Of a DNA stretch of 64,000 bases, positions 54,047 through 63,354 are shown piece by piece; position 1 is the stretch's first letter; every line of letters begins with the position of its first letter. Where the stretch lies: contig JANNPH010000002.1 in assembly GCA_031399965.1 (NCBI GenBank), positions 7,373 to 71,372 on the forward strand, read 5' to 3'. This stretch comes from Gloeobacteraceae cyanobacterium SOY_34_metabat_159 (lineage in GTDB: Bacteria; Cyanobacteriota; Cyanobacteriia; Gloeobacterales; Gloeobacteraceae). The notes below the pieces were generated by a model, which had not been told where the DNA came from, searched no databases, and worked only from the letters and a program-made list of their open reading frames with translations. Both the position numbers and the translations under genes were made by a program.

Positions 54047-55216
54047 TTACGAGCGTCCGAGAAATGCGGCAATTTTTTCGATAGCGGCCTCGATCACTTC
54101 TTCAGAGTGCACCAGGGCAAAGCGCACATATCCCTCACCGGAGTTACCGAAACCAGAACCCGGAGCGAGGGCAACGCCGGTTGCCTCCACAAGCTCTGTA
54201 CAGAACTGCACAGAATCGCTCCAGGGAGCCGGCAGCGGTGCCCAGAGGTACATCGTCGCCTTCGGCACCGGCACCGTCCAGCCGGCTCGGGCCAGGGCGG
54301 CAACCGCCCGGTCCCGCCGACTCCGGAAAACGGCCAGGGCCGCGTCAATGTAGGCGGGTGGTGTGCGCAGGGCGGCCTCGGCACCGTCGAGAATGCCGCG
54401 GTACTGGTTGAAATCGATGTTTGCCTTGACCTGGCGTAGGGCGGCAATCAGTTCGCGGTTGCCGATTGCAAAGCCGACCCGGAAGCCACCCATGTGGTAG
54501 GACTTTGACAGGCTGAAAAATTCGATAGCAATGCTGCGCTCGCGGTCGGCCTGCAGGATAGAGGGCGGCTGCTCACCCTCCAGGACGAAGTCTGAGTAGG
54601 GAAAGTCGTGGACGAGAATGATGTCGTGGGTGCGGCAGAAGCGCACGGCACGCTCGAAAAATTCGAGGGTGGCGGTGGCGGCCGTCGGGTTGTGGGGATA
54701 GCTCAAGACCAGTAGGCGGCTCTGGGCAAGGACCGCTTCTGGGATCGCCTCCAGTTGGGGCAAGAAGCCGTGTTCGGCACTGAGGGCGAGTGGATAGATT
54801 TGCCCGCCCGCCAGGTACACACCGCCCGCATGGGAGGGATAGCCCGGGTCGAGCAACAGGGCGATATCACCCGGATTGAGCACCGCAAGCGGGATGTGCG
54901 CCGTGCCTTCTTGAGAACCGATCAGGGGCAAAATCTCGGTCTGAGGATCAACTGCGAGGCCAAAGCGGCCCAGGTACCACTCAGCACAGGTCTCGCGAAA
55001 GGAGCGTGTGCCTTGAAAGAGCAGATAGCCGTGGGAGGTGGTGTCGTCGAGAGCACCCCGAATTCTTTCAATAGCCGCCTTCGGCGGCGCAATATCCGAT
55101 GAACCGAGCGACATATCGATCACTGGGCGACCGGCCGCGCGTGCGCGGGCTTTCGCCTCGTCCATCAAGCTGAATACATTGGACTGGAGCTTATCCAGTC
55201 GATTGGCCAGACGCAT
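54047..55216 (-). CDS. Class I/II PLP aminotransferase
   Basis: SYPHNPT and SLSKSYHMGGFRVG (PLP lysine). It is a paralog of the gene at 29753-30931. Confidence 0.85.
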   Translation of the reverse strand: MRLANRLDKLQSNVFSLMDEAKARARAAGRPVIDMSLGSSDIAPPKAAIERIRGALDDTTSHGYLLFQGTRSFRETCAEWYLGRFGLAVDPQTEILPLIGSQEGTAHIPLAVLNPGDIALLLDPGYPSHAGGVYLAGGQIYPLALSAEHGFLPQLEAIPEAVLAQSRLLVLSYPHNPTAATATLEFFERAVRFCRTHDIILVHDFPYSDFVLEGEQPPSILQADRERSIAIEFFSLSKSYHMGGFRVGFAIGNRELIAALRQVKANIDFNQYRGILDGAEAALRTPPAYIDAALAVFRSRRDRAVAALARAGWTVPVPKATMYLWAPLPAPWSDSVQFCTELVEATGVALAPGSGFGNSGEGYVRFALVHSEEVIEAAIEKIAAFLGRS

Positions 55217-55360
55217 AAGGGCTCTCAGACTTCAGTTTGAATCTTAACCGCCACGGGCTGAAAATGCAGCCACGCATCCCGCTGTCCGGCACTGTGTGGT
55301 TTGCGTCGGCTATTACCGGTAGCGCGCCCCGCAAGCGAGTTACTTTCTATACTGCCCAGC

Positions 55361-56071
55361 ATGAACGCTCTACGCATCGCCGAACTACCGCCCAGCGAAC
55401 GCCCGCGCGAACGACTGCTCGAAGGCGGTTCGCGCTCCCTAGCGACGGCTGAACTGGTGGCCATCCTGCTCGGTAGTGGCCAGTCCACCGCTCAACTGAG
55501 TGCCCTCGGTCTTGCCCACCAGGTGATAAGCGCCCTCTGCCGCGCCGGGAGCGACCCACTCGTCCACCTGCGCGACGTCAGCCCAGCCGAACTGATGCTC
55601 CACCCCGGCATTGGACCAGCCAAGGCGGCGGCATTGCTCGCTGCGGTCGAACTGGGCCGCCGCGTCTTTCTCACCCGCCCGAGCGACTGCCCGGTCGTCG
55701 ATAGCCCCCAGGCAGTCAGCGCCGTGCTCGGCTCCGAACTCGCCTTTGCCCGCCAGGAGCAGTTTGCCGTGTTGCTGCTCGATGTCAAAAATCGGCTGAT
55801 CGCCCACCGGATCGTGAGTGTCGGCACCATCGACGAGACCCTGGCCCACCCCCGCGAGGTCTTCAGAGAAGCCATCCGCCAGGGAGCCGCGAACATCATC
55901 GTCGCCCACAACCACCCTTCCGGACTCACCGACCCGTCCCCGGAGGACCTGCGCCTCACGGTACAACTGATCGAGTGTGGCCGCACGCTGCAAATTCCCG
56001 TACTCGACCATGTCATCCTTGGCCACGGGCACTTTACCAGCCTGCGGCGGACGACGGCGCTCTGGAAATAG
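55361..56071 (+). CDS. radC: RadC-family JAB/MPN domain protein
   Basis: ELPPSERPRERL, ELVAILLGSG and the HNHPSG JAMM motif. Confidence 0.9.
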   Translation: MNALRIAELPPSERPRERLLEGGSRSLATAELVAILLGSGQSTAQLSALGLAHQVISALCRAGSDPLVHLRDVSPAELMLHPGIGPAKAAALLAAVELGRRVFLTRPSDCPVVDSPQAVSAVLGSELAFARQEQFAVLLLDVKNRLIAHRIVSVGTIDETLAHPREVFREAIRQGAANIIVAHNHPSGLTDPSPEDLRLTVQLIECGRTLQIPVLDHVILGHGHFTSLRRTTALWK

Positions 56072-56244
56072 ACAAAAAAGAGGCTGTGCTGGAAGAACAC
56101 AGCCATGGATTATCCACACGCCTCGTTAGACGCCGGGTTCCGCCCGCAAGTTCCGCGCATAGGCGCAGCAGTTCCTGCGCTCTAGAGCAACCGGTGCACC
56201 ACTGATCCGGAATTTAATGAGACATGGTCTTACGCGAGGTACCC

Positions 56245-56667
56245 ATGAAGATTGCACGACCGGCCAGTCGCTTTCTACTCCTTGGCCTTATCGGCCTGAG
56301 CACTGCACTCCCCGCATCGTCTCAACCTGAGACGGACATCAGCGGCACCTGGCAGGTTTCGATTCCCGAGTTCAAGCGCACTCCAAAAATCGAACTTGTC
56401 CAGCAAGGTAGCAAGCTGCGTGGTACGCTACGCGGTCCGGCAGGCGAGTTTCCCCTGGTCGGCACCGTCGAGAAAAGCAAGGTACGTCTGTCGGTTGATC
56501 TGCGCAGCGGCGTCGGACGTTTCCCGCGCAAGGTCAACCCCGATCAGGCAACCGCTGAGTTCGACGGCACGATCAAGGGCAAAACCATGCAGGGCACTGC
56601 TTCCTTTCCAGATATCGAGCCTGGACGCAAGACCGAGTGGACGGCCACCGCCCTCGGTAACAAGTAA
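56245..56667 (+). CDS. Secreted hypothetical protein
   Basis: Signal peptide MKIARPASRFLLLGLIGLSTALPASS. No family recognised. Confidence 0.5.
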   Translation: MKIARPASRFLLLGLIGLSTALPASSQPETDISGTWQVSIPEFKRTPKIELVQQGSKLRGTLRGPAGEFPLVGTVEKSKVRLSVDLRSGVGRFPRKVNPDQATAEFDGTIKGKTMQGTASFPDIEPGRKTEWTATALGNK

Positions 56668-56832
56668 ACCTGAACTAAAACAGGTCTCACTTTAGAAACT
56701 TTTAAGCGGGGATCAAAGTGCCGCCCGGTCTACTGTCGGGAGCGAGGACTACCCTGCACGGGCGAATGGTACTCTCCATTCTCCTGCTGTGGGGGTAAGA
56801 TAGCCCTAACCTTAAGCACAGCGGAGGCACAG

Positions 56833-57126
56833 ATGGCGCCAGCGACTCCCACGACCCAGGCTTCCCATACCCAGTCGGTCGTCGTCGTCACCACCAAGGA
56901 GCGGCTGGACGTCAAGGCAGGCCCCGATGGTCTCAAGGTCTCAGTCGGTGGTCGCCAGGTGCTCAAAGGTGATCTGCTGGTCGCCGAGGATGGCCAGTTG
57001 CAAAAGATAGTGGGCTTCCGCTCCCGCAGTACCAACGTGCGCGAACTTTTTCACACGCGCCGGGCGAGTGCCTTCGACGTCGCCCGCTACGTGCTCCTCG
57101 AACGACGCTGGCCAATTGCCATATAG
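56833..57126 (+). CDS. Hypothetical protein
   Basis: 97-aa ORF with GGAGG 8 nt upstream and host-like codon usage. Confidence 0.5.
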   Translation: MAPATPTTQASHTQSVVVVTTKERLDVKAGPDGLKVSVGGRQVLKGDLLVAEDGQLQKIVGFRSRSTNVRELFHTRRASAFDVARYVLLERRWPIAI

Positions 57127-57133
57127 ACAGTTC

Positions 57134-57805
57134 TTACTGGCCGAGTACCCGCAAAAAGCGCCGCAAACCGTCCAGAAAGCCTTCCCCTTTTGGTGAGAAA
57201 GCATTATCGATGTCTTCGCCGGTCGGTCTACCGGCCAGTTCTGAGAGCAGGGTGTAGTCGCCGTCTTTTTCTTCGCGCCAGAGCTGCCAGCGCCCAGGGT
57301 AGGCGCGGTAAGTAGCTCCGCTGTCAATAGGCTGAATCGCGTAGATAGTCTCGATAGTCGAGAGGAAACGGTCGCGCAGTTGGCGGCCCGTCAGCCCGAT
57401 ACCGACCACACCAGATTCCTGCAGGCGCGAATTGAGCAGGATAAACGGCTTGCCGGCTGCCCGCTGAGCCAGGGCCTCGACTGCTTCAACCTCGACGATG
57501 CTCGTCTCGATGAGTACGAATGCACTGTAGCGCTCGATGCTCGCACGCAACTCGCTGATGCCGCGCAGGTCGTATTCGACCCCCGCCAGTTCTCGACGGG
57601 CAAGGGCCGCCGCACCCGGATCGGTGAAGACCGCCACCCAGTCTGTGCCCAGTGAAGTAGCCAGGGCACGCACGAGGGTCAAGACTTCTACTCCCGGCAC
57701 CTTAATCTCGATTTGCAGGCGACTCTTACCGGCTTCGATTGCCGCGGTGAGCGCCTGGTTGCACTGGTCAAGGGTCTCGTCTAAGGTCCGGGGTAGTTCG
57801 CTCAT
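57134..57805 (-). CDS. DUF1995-like protein
   Basis: The N-terminus LPRTLDETLDQCNQALTAAIEAGKSRLQIEI resembles the DUF1995 pattern found in cyanobacteria and plastids. Confidence 0.6.
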   Translation of the reverse strand: MSELPRTLDETLDQCNQALTAAIEAGKSRLQIEIKVPGVEVLTLVRALATSLGTDWVAVFTDPGAAALARRELAGVEYDLRGISELRASIERYSAFVLIETSIVEVEAVEALAQRAAGKPFILLNSRLQESGVVGIGLTGRQLRDRFLSTIETIYAIQPIDSGATYRAYPGRWQLWREEKDGDYTLLSELAGRPTGEDIDNAFSPKGEGFLDGLRRFLRVLGQ

Positions 57806-58505
57806 CGGCCTGGCTATTGCGTGCTAATTGTTGCTTTAAGATAGCCTCCGCGAGCCACAAGTCAGCAGGAGTAGTCACTTTCAGGTTCGTCTCCTCACCT
57901 GGAATAACCGTGACCCTATGCCCGCGCAGTTCGCATAGAGCAGCATCGTCGGTCACACTGACGGACTGCTCAATAGCCCAGCGGTGGGCAGCGACGAGCA
58001 GTTCGACGGCAAAGCCCTGGGGTGTCTGAGCCGCCCACAACCTTTCGCGCGGGATAGTCGTCTCGATATAGCCCGTTTCCGGTTGCACCTGCTTAATCGT
58101 GTCCTTGACCGGCACCGCCGCGATAAAAGCGTTTGAGTGCAGAAGCGCCGCGCTGCAACGGTCAAAAAGAGCCGGGGTGGCAAGACAGCGCGCTCCGTCG
58201 TGGATAAGCACCGAGCGGGCCGCAGCCGGTAGCGCCAGCACTCCCCGGTAGACCGATTCCTGGCGGGTGGCACCGCCTTCTATCCAGAGCACCGGGGTCT
58301 TGAGCGGATAGTGCTGCAACAACTCGGCTATCGCTTCGTAATCGACCGGCTGGCCGACGATGCCAATCCAGGTAATCGACGGCGCGAGGTCGGCCGCCCG
58401 CAACGTCCAGGCCAGTACAGGCCGGTCCAATAGCGGCAGCAGCATCTTATTGCGGGCACTGCCCATCCGGCTACCGCGCCCCGCCGCAGGAATCAGGAGG
58501 TGCAC
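57768..58505 (-). CDS. ispD: 2-C-methyl-D-erythritol 4-phosphate cytidylyltransferase
   Basis: LIPAAGRGSRMG...NKMLL and VLIHDGARC. Confidence 0.9.
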   Translation of the reverse strand: MHLLIPAAGRGSRMGSARNKMLLPLLDRPVLAWTLRAADLAPSITWIGIVGQPVDYEAIAELLQHYPLKTPVLWIEGGATRQESVYRGVLALPAAARSVLIHDGARCLATPALFDRCSAALLHSNAFIAAVPVKDTIKQVQPETGYIETTIPRERLWAAQTPQGFAVELLVAAHRWAIEQSVSVTDDAALCELRGHRVTVIPGEETNLKVTTPADLWLAEAILKQQLARNSQADERTTPDLRRDP

Positions 58506-59020
58506 AGTTCACCCACGTAAGGCAACTCGCGGTAGCGCTCGGCAAGGTCCATGCCGTAGCCGATCACAAAGCGATCCTTGATGGTGAAACCACAGAAAGT
58601 TGGTTCGACCGCTACTGTGCGACGAGCCGGTTTGTCGAGCAGCGTGCAGACCTCAATGGAGGCCGGAGCACACTCACCAAGCGCTTCCAGGATACGGCTC
58701 ACCGTCTTGCCGGTATCGATGATGTCCTCGACGACCAGCAGGTGGCGACCGGCAAATTGACCCATCTGGGGAATATCGAGGTGCAGTGCCCCGGAGGTCG
58801 TGCCTGCGCGGTAGCTGCTCGCCCGCAGAAATTCAAAGTACAGCGGCACGCGCAACTGCCGGGACAGATCGGCCCCGAACATCAAAGCCCCCTTCAAGAC
58901 CGGTAGAACGATCAGCGGCTGTGACTCGGAAACAAGCGGTGCGTAGTACTCGTCCACTCGCTCTGCCAGCAAACGTACCTGCTGCGCAATCTGGACTTCC
59001 GAATAGAGGACTTTAATCAC
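58493..59020 (-). CDS. hpt: Hypoxanthine phosphoribosyltransferase
   Basis: PRPP-binding motif LLVVEDIIDTGKT. The size is typical of Hpt. Confidence 0.85.
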   Translation of the reverse strand: MIKVLYSEVQIAQQVRLLAERVDEYYAPLVSESQPLIVLPVLKGALMFGADLSRQLRVPLYFEFLRASSYRAGTTSGALHLDIPQMGQFAGRHLLVVEDIIDTGKTVSRILEALGECAPASIEVCTLLDKPARRTVAVEPTFCGFTIKDRFVIGYGMDLAERYRELPYVGELCTS

Positions 59021-59178
59021 CAGAAGGCGATGGAGAACGGCCCTGCTACTCTACCGCACCTGAATTGTCCTGATTGCATGGGACCAGTTTTAAAAATCAG
59101 CGTAATCACCGATACCAAAAACCGGTAAATCCCCTGGAAAATCTGGTAAAGTTTATTTAAGGAATTATGTGGAGAGTG

Positions 59179-59210
59179 CTGCGGGATCCTCCTGACCCCG
59201 CAGTTTTTTT
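59179..59210 (+). terminator. Plus-strand intrinsic terminator with no plus-strand gene upstream
   Basis: ctgcggg (59179-59185) pairs with cccgcag (59197-59203), followed by TTTTTTT (59204-59210). Both flanking genes are on the minus strand. Confidence 0.6.
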
Positions 59211-59322
59211 ATGCCTTCAAGAATTTCGACCGCATTGGTCCCAGCATTTCAAGCCAACTTCCACCGTAGAGACTGCTGCCAGTGACCGGGTTCTTCTGCA
59301 TGCGACTTCATTGCCTAGAAGA

Positions 59323-60588
59323 CTAAGGTCCTTGCGGGCCTTCCAGTTCTTTGAATCGAGGGTCGTCAAGTTCGTAGTCGCGCTGTTCGAGGGTTGACTG
59401 CTCGGTGGTGTAGATGATGTCGCTGCGGCCGATAATTTTCTTCTGAGTGTAGAGCCGGGCGTATTCGAGTTTGCGCTTCAGTTGGGCATTCAAGGTGCGC
59501 AACTGCTGGCCGAAAACTGAGCGGCTACGGTTGCGTTCGACGATCTGGCCGTTAAATTGCTGAATCACCAACCAGCGCACTGCCGGGATCAGTAAAAAGA
59601 GGGTGCCGTAGGCGACCAGCACCGGGGCCAGCAAATTCAAGATGGCCAACTCTTCCGGCACCACCCTCGACTGCAATAGAAAGTACAGGTACCAGGTGCC
59701 CACGAAGTTGAGTGCACCCAGGGCACCGGCGAGTACCAGTTTGCCGCTCGGGGCGTTGCTGAATTTCCAGAGTTGCTCCTGCAAAAAGGCCGGTAGGCGG
59801 GCCGGACTCGCGTTCTTAGCGGCTGCCTGTACCTGCAGTTGCGGGAAGCGATAGACTATATCGCCCTCGTCGCTCACCTCGGGGAAGCCGTCGAACTTGA
59901 CGAGGGCCGGGAGCACAAAGTCTTCGTTTTCAGTGCTTGCCTTCTCCAGGTAGGGTGCCAATTGTTCGGCGACGACGACACCCTCGTTGGCTTGAATCAC
60001 GCTGGCAACGGTTTGCCAGCGCGTTTCTTCCAGTTGGGCGTTCGGGTTGCCGTCCCCAAACAAAAATGAGAAGACGCTCTGCAAGAAACCGGGCTCGCGG
60101 GGGGCATTGTAGTCGCGCTCGGTGCCGTAGATAGGCGGCTGGAAGATGTACCAGAGGTCAAACCAGAGGAAACTCGGGATAAATCCTGGCCCCCCACCAC
60201 CCCGGTCACTGCGGCTATCGCCATCGTTGTCGCGGCTGCTGAGCAGTAGATAGATGCCGACGGCGACGATCGCAAGCGAGAGTACGAGCACGACGCCAAA
60301 GGAGATGCGGATCAAGTAGAAGATCGCTTTCCAAGCTTCGCGCAGGAAAGCTTTGAGCTGGGCATTGCGGTCGCGCGCCAGCAGTCGGTCGCGCAGATCT
60401 CGATCGAAGGCGTAGACGATCTCGCCGGTGCTGGAGACCTGCAGATGGCCCTCAGCGTCCTGGGCCAGACTATTAAGACCCTGCTGCACCAGGGACAGTT
60501 CCAGACCGCTGCGCGTGCTCACGTCACCAATGGTGACCCGGTAGTCTAGCGATTCAACTGCTTCAATGATTCGATCGCGCATCTGCAT
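59323..60588 (-). CDS. Conserved-looking membrane protein (hypothetical)
   Basis: 421 aa with several TM helices (FYLIRISFGVVLVLSLAIVAVGIYLLL; LVLAGALGALNFVGTWYLYFLL). Confidence 0.6.
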   Translation of the reverse strand: MQMRDRIIEAVESLDYRVTIGDVSTRSGLELSLVQQGLNSLAQDAEGHLQVSSTGEIVYAFDRDLRDRLLARDRNAQLKAFLREAWKAIFYLIRISFGVVLVLSLAIVAVGIYLLLSSRDNDGDSRSDRGGGGPGFIPSFLWFDLWYIFQPPIYGTERDYNAPREPGFLQSVFSFLFGDGNPNAQLEETRWQTVASVIQANEGVVVAEQLAPYLEKASTENEDFVLPALVKFDGFPEVSDEGDIVYRFPQLQVQAAAKNASPARLPAFLQEQLWKFSNAPSGKLVLAGALGALNFVGTWYLYFLLQSRVVPEELAILNLLAPVLVAYGTLFLLIPAVRWLVIQQFNGQIVERNRSRSVFGQQLRTLNAQLKRKLEYARLYTQKKIIGRSDIIYTTEQSTLEQRDYELDDPRFKELEGPQGP

Positions 60589-60792
60589 GGAGGCTGATTC
60601 CTTAGCGCTCTTCTTCCATGATAGGCGGGGACCCAGGTCGGGCGAAGCGGCACTCGTTTTTCCCTACTCCGCCTGGGAAGCTGGGGCCGGTCGTCCGACC
60701 GGCTGTTTTGCACGCACAAGTCAGTTGAGCCGGCGTTGCAGGTCGCCAACCCAGGTGGAGTTCAAACAACTCCTCCAGCCTCCCACTGAGAC

Positions 60793-63333
60793 TTATTCGC
60801 GGCGGACGGACGTTTCGAGTACGTCGAGGCGGCTTTTAAGGGTCCGGTTCTCTGCTTCGAGGCTCTCGATCGAGGTCCGCAGCTTCTTCAGTTCTTTATC
60901 CTGACCGACCTCGGAGCGAATCTTTTCAGCCACTTCGAGGGCTGAGCGCTTCACCCGTCCGTCTGCATCTTCCGAAGCGATCTGTTCTAGTAGCGGCAGA
61001 GCCTTGGAGGACTTCACAGAAGCGAGGGCACCAATCGTCGCCATGCGCGTCGAGAACTGGCCTTCCTGGGCCACTTCAGCCAGAGTATCGAGGATCTGCT
61101 GGTTCTCGCCCCCTTCGCCCGCCTTGCCAAGAGCACGAATGGCCGCCATGCGCAGGGACTGGGGAGTGCCGCGCCGGGTACGTTCACGAATGAGGGCAAC
61201 CGCCTCCGGGTCGTCCTTCAGCTCGGCAAGACCTGAAAGAGCCGCCCCACGCACCATATCGTTCCAGGAATTGCGCGCACCGAGCACCCCAGCGAGCAAT
61301 ACCCGCGATTCGGAGTGTTTGGCCTTACCGACTGCTTTCGCCGCTTCAGCACTCACCGAGTAACTGACATCTTCGAGGTAAGCCCTGATCACGGCGAACG
61401 TCTCAGCGGACTTGTCCTCGCTGAGTGCTTTGATGATGGCTGAGCGCACCTGAATCGCTGCTGTGTCGATGGCTTCACGTAGAACCGCGTAGGCGTAATC
61501 TTTTTTAGTCGCGCCGAGCGCCTGGGCTACTTCAGCACGTAGACCCCAGAAGCAACTTTCATCGAGCAGCACGGCCTTGAGGTCGCTCACGATTGCAGGG
61601 GTGACGACCTTGGCGAGAGCCTGAGCGGCAAAGATGCGACCCATCAAGTCGGGGTCATGGCTGAGCTGGTGCTTGAGAAATTCGACCGGCACTTCCAGTT
61701 CAACTGTCTTGAGCAGGTGGTTGCCGGGGTCGAAGCTGAAGAAGAGCGGCTTTGCTTCCATTGGAAAGCAAAAGGTCTGCTCTTTTTGTTGAATGCGCAC
61801 CGGCAAGAGGCGCGGAGTTACGTCACTGGTACCGAAACCGATGTTTACCAGCAAATTAAAGAGCACCGTCCCATCATCGACAGTCTGGGCCTGCACGACG
61901 GTCACTTTTGCCATTGAGGCTTCGCTGTCCCACTCGAAGCGCACCTTGAACTCTGGATAACCGCCCTTGAAGACGTACTGCTCAAAAAGAGGCAGCATGT
62001 TGCGCCCGGTCGCTTTCTCGATAGCCCTGAGCAGATCCGTGGTCTCGACGGTGCGGTGGGCGTTATCAGTTAAAAAGGTGCGCACGGCCCGGAAGAAAGC
62101 AGCGTCTCCCAGGTAGTGGCGCAGCATGTGGTAAACCGTGGAGCCTTTCTCGTACAGGTGCCGGTCGTAGAGTTCGATTGCTTCTTTATAGATATTGGTG
62201 ACAATCGGGCGGCGGTAGCGTTCGGCGTCTTCTTCGAGATAGGCCTGAGCAGTCTGGTAGCGGAAGTACGTGGCATCTGCCGGACCGTACTCGTGATCGC
62301 GCCAGAGCGACTCGAAGTAGGTGGCGGCTCCTTCTTTAATCCAGGCATGGGACCAGTGGCTGATCACCACCAGGTCACCGAACCACTGGTGAATCAGTTC
62401 GTGGGAGACCAGGTCCTCGGGCCAGCGGATCTCGGTGGCGGCCTGTTCATCGAGGAGACAGCGGTCGGTCTGGGTGGTGGCGCTGGTATTTTCCATCCCG
62501 CCAAAGATAAAGTCGGCAGCACAGACCTGGGCGTACTTCACAAACGGATAGCGCACACCGAATTGTTCTGAGAAAAAGGCGACCATGCGCGGGGTCTTAC
62601 CGAAAGTGCGCCGGGCCTCAGCCTCGCGGCCGGGAGTGACGTAGTAAGGAGTCGGAATATCCTCCCAGGCGTCTTGCACCTCGCTCAGTTCCGCTGCTAC
62701 CAGGGTGATGAGGTAACAGGGATGCACTTGGTCGAGTTGCCAGTGGTAAACCTTCGAGTTGTCGTCAGCCTCGACTGAAACCAGTACGCCGTTGGAAACC
62801 GTCTGAAAGCCCGCCGGCACCCGCACGCGCACTTCGGAAGTAGCCAGTTGCCCCGGATAGTCGAAACACGGAAACCAGAAGCGCGAATCCTCGTCCTCGC
62901 CCTGGGTCCAGACTTGTACCGGCTTATCAGGATAATCGGCTGTCGGACCGACAAAGTAGATGCCCCGGCGCGGACGCTCCAGGTGGTAATCGACCGCAAG
63001 CTCCACCACGGTACCGGGCAATAGTTGCCCATCGAGGCGCACCCGCAGCACGTTGCCGTCGTGGTCGAAAGACGCAGGTTCACCCGCAACCGTGACCCGG
63101 TCAATCGTCATCTCGACCGCGTCGAGGCTGACGGTGCGCAGGTTTTCCTGAACCAGTTCAAGCCGGGTATGACAGGTGCCGGTCAGTTTCTGAGCAGCAA
63201 TGTCGAGGTCGAGGTCGAGGGCAATATGCCTGACCCGGCCCGGCATATCCGGGGTGTACTGGGGACGGGCACCAGGAAGGGCAAATTCTCTATGAGTCAC
63301 GGCGCACGCGCTCCGAATCGGTCTGGGACTCAT
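60793..63333 (-). CDS. M1-family zinc aminopeptidase with C-terminal HEAT-like repeats and coiled coil
   Basis: GGMEN exopeptidase motif, HELIHQWFGDLV...WIKEGAATYFE (HExxH-x18-E), and a helical repeat tail. Confidence 0.9.
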   Translation of the reverse strand: MSPRPIRSACAVTHREFALPGARPQYTPDMPGRVRHIALDLDLDIAAQKLTGTCHTRLELVQENLRTVSLDAVEMTIDRVTVAGEPASFDHDGNVLRVRLDGQLLPGTVVELAVDYHLERPRRGIYFVGPTADYPDKPVQVWTQGEDEDSRFWFPCFDYPGQLATSEVRVRVPAGFQTVSNGVLVSVEADDNSKVYHWQLDQVHPCYLITLVAAELSEVQDAWEDIPTPYYVTPGREAEARRTFGKTPRMVAFFSEQFGVRYPFVKYAQVCAADFIFGGMENTSATTQTDRCLLDEQAATEIRWPEDLVSHELIHQWFGDLVVISHWSHAWIKEGAATYFESLWRDHEYGPADATYFRYQTAQAYLEEDAERYRRPIVTNIYKEAIELYDRHLYEKGSTVYHMLRHYLGDAAFFRAVRTFLTDNAHRTVETTDLLRAIEKATGRNMLPLFEQYVFKGGYPEFKVRFEWDSEASMAKVTVVQAQTVDDGTVLFNLLVNIGFGTSDVTPRLLPVRIQQKEQTFCFPMEAKPLFFSFDPGNHLLKTVELEVPVEFLKHQLSHDPDLMGRIFAAQALAKVVTPAIVSDLKAVLLDESCFWGLRAEVAQALGATKKDYAYAVLREAIDTAAIQVRSAIIKALSEDKSAETFAVIRAYLEDVSYSVSAEAAKAVGKAKHSESRVLLAGVLGARNSWNDMVRGAALSGLAELKDDPEAVALIRERTRRGTPQSLRMAAIRALGKAGEGGENQQILDTLAEVAQEGQFSTRMATIGALASVKSSKALPLLEQIASEDADGRVKRSALEVAEKIRSEVGQDKELKKLRTSIESLEAENRTLKSRLDVLETSVRRE

Positions 63334-63354
63334 TTATGGTAATCGGCCGGAGCA

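Noticed and set aside
55439-56119. 226-aa and 204-aa minus-strand ORFs.
   Set aside because: They are antisense to the radC gene, which carries the HNHPSG JAMM motif. Neither has motifs of its own.
59167-59397. 76-aa plus-strand ORF in the hpt-upstream spacer.
   Set aside because: It reads straight through a strong stem-loop and T7 terminator and into the antisense of the next gene. It has no Shine-Dalgarno sequence or recognisable motif.
60620-60690. Possible SRP RNA (ccaggtcgggcgaagcggc) or glutamine-riboswitch-like element (minus strand GGAGTAGGGAAAAACG).
   Set aside because: These are short partial resemblances only. The conserved SRP domain IV loops and the glutamine-riboswitch core could not be reconstructed by eye, so the region is kept only as a generic structured spacer.
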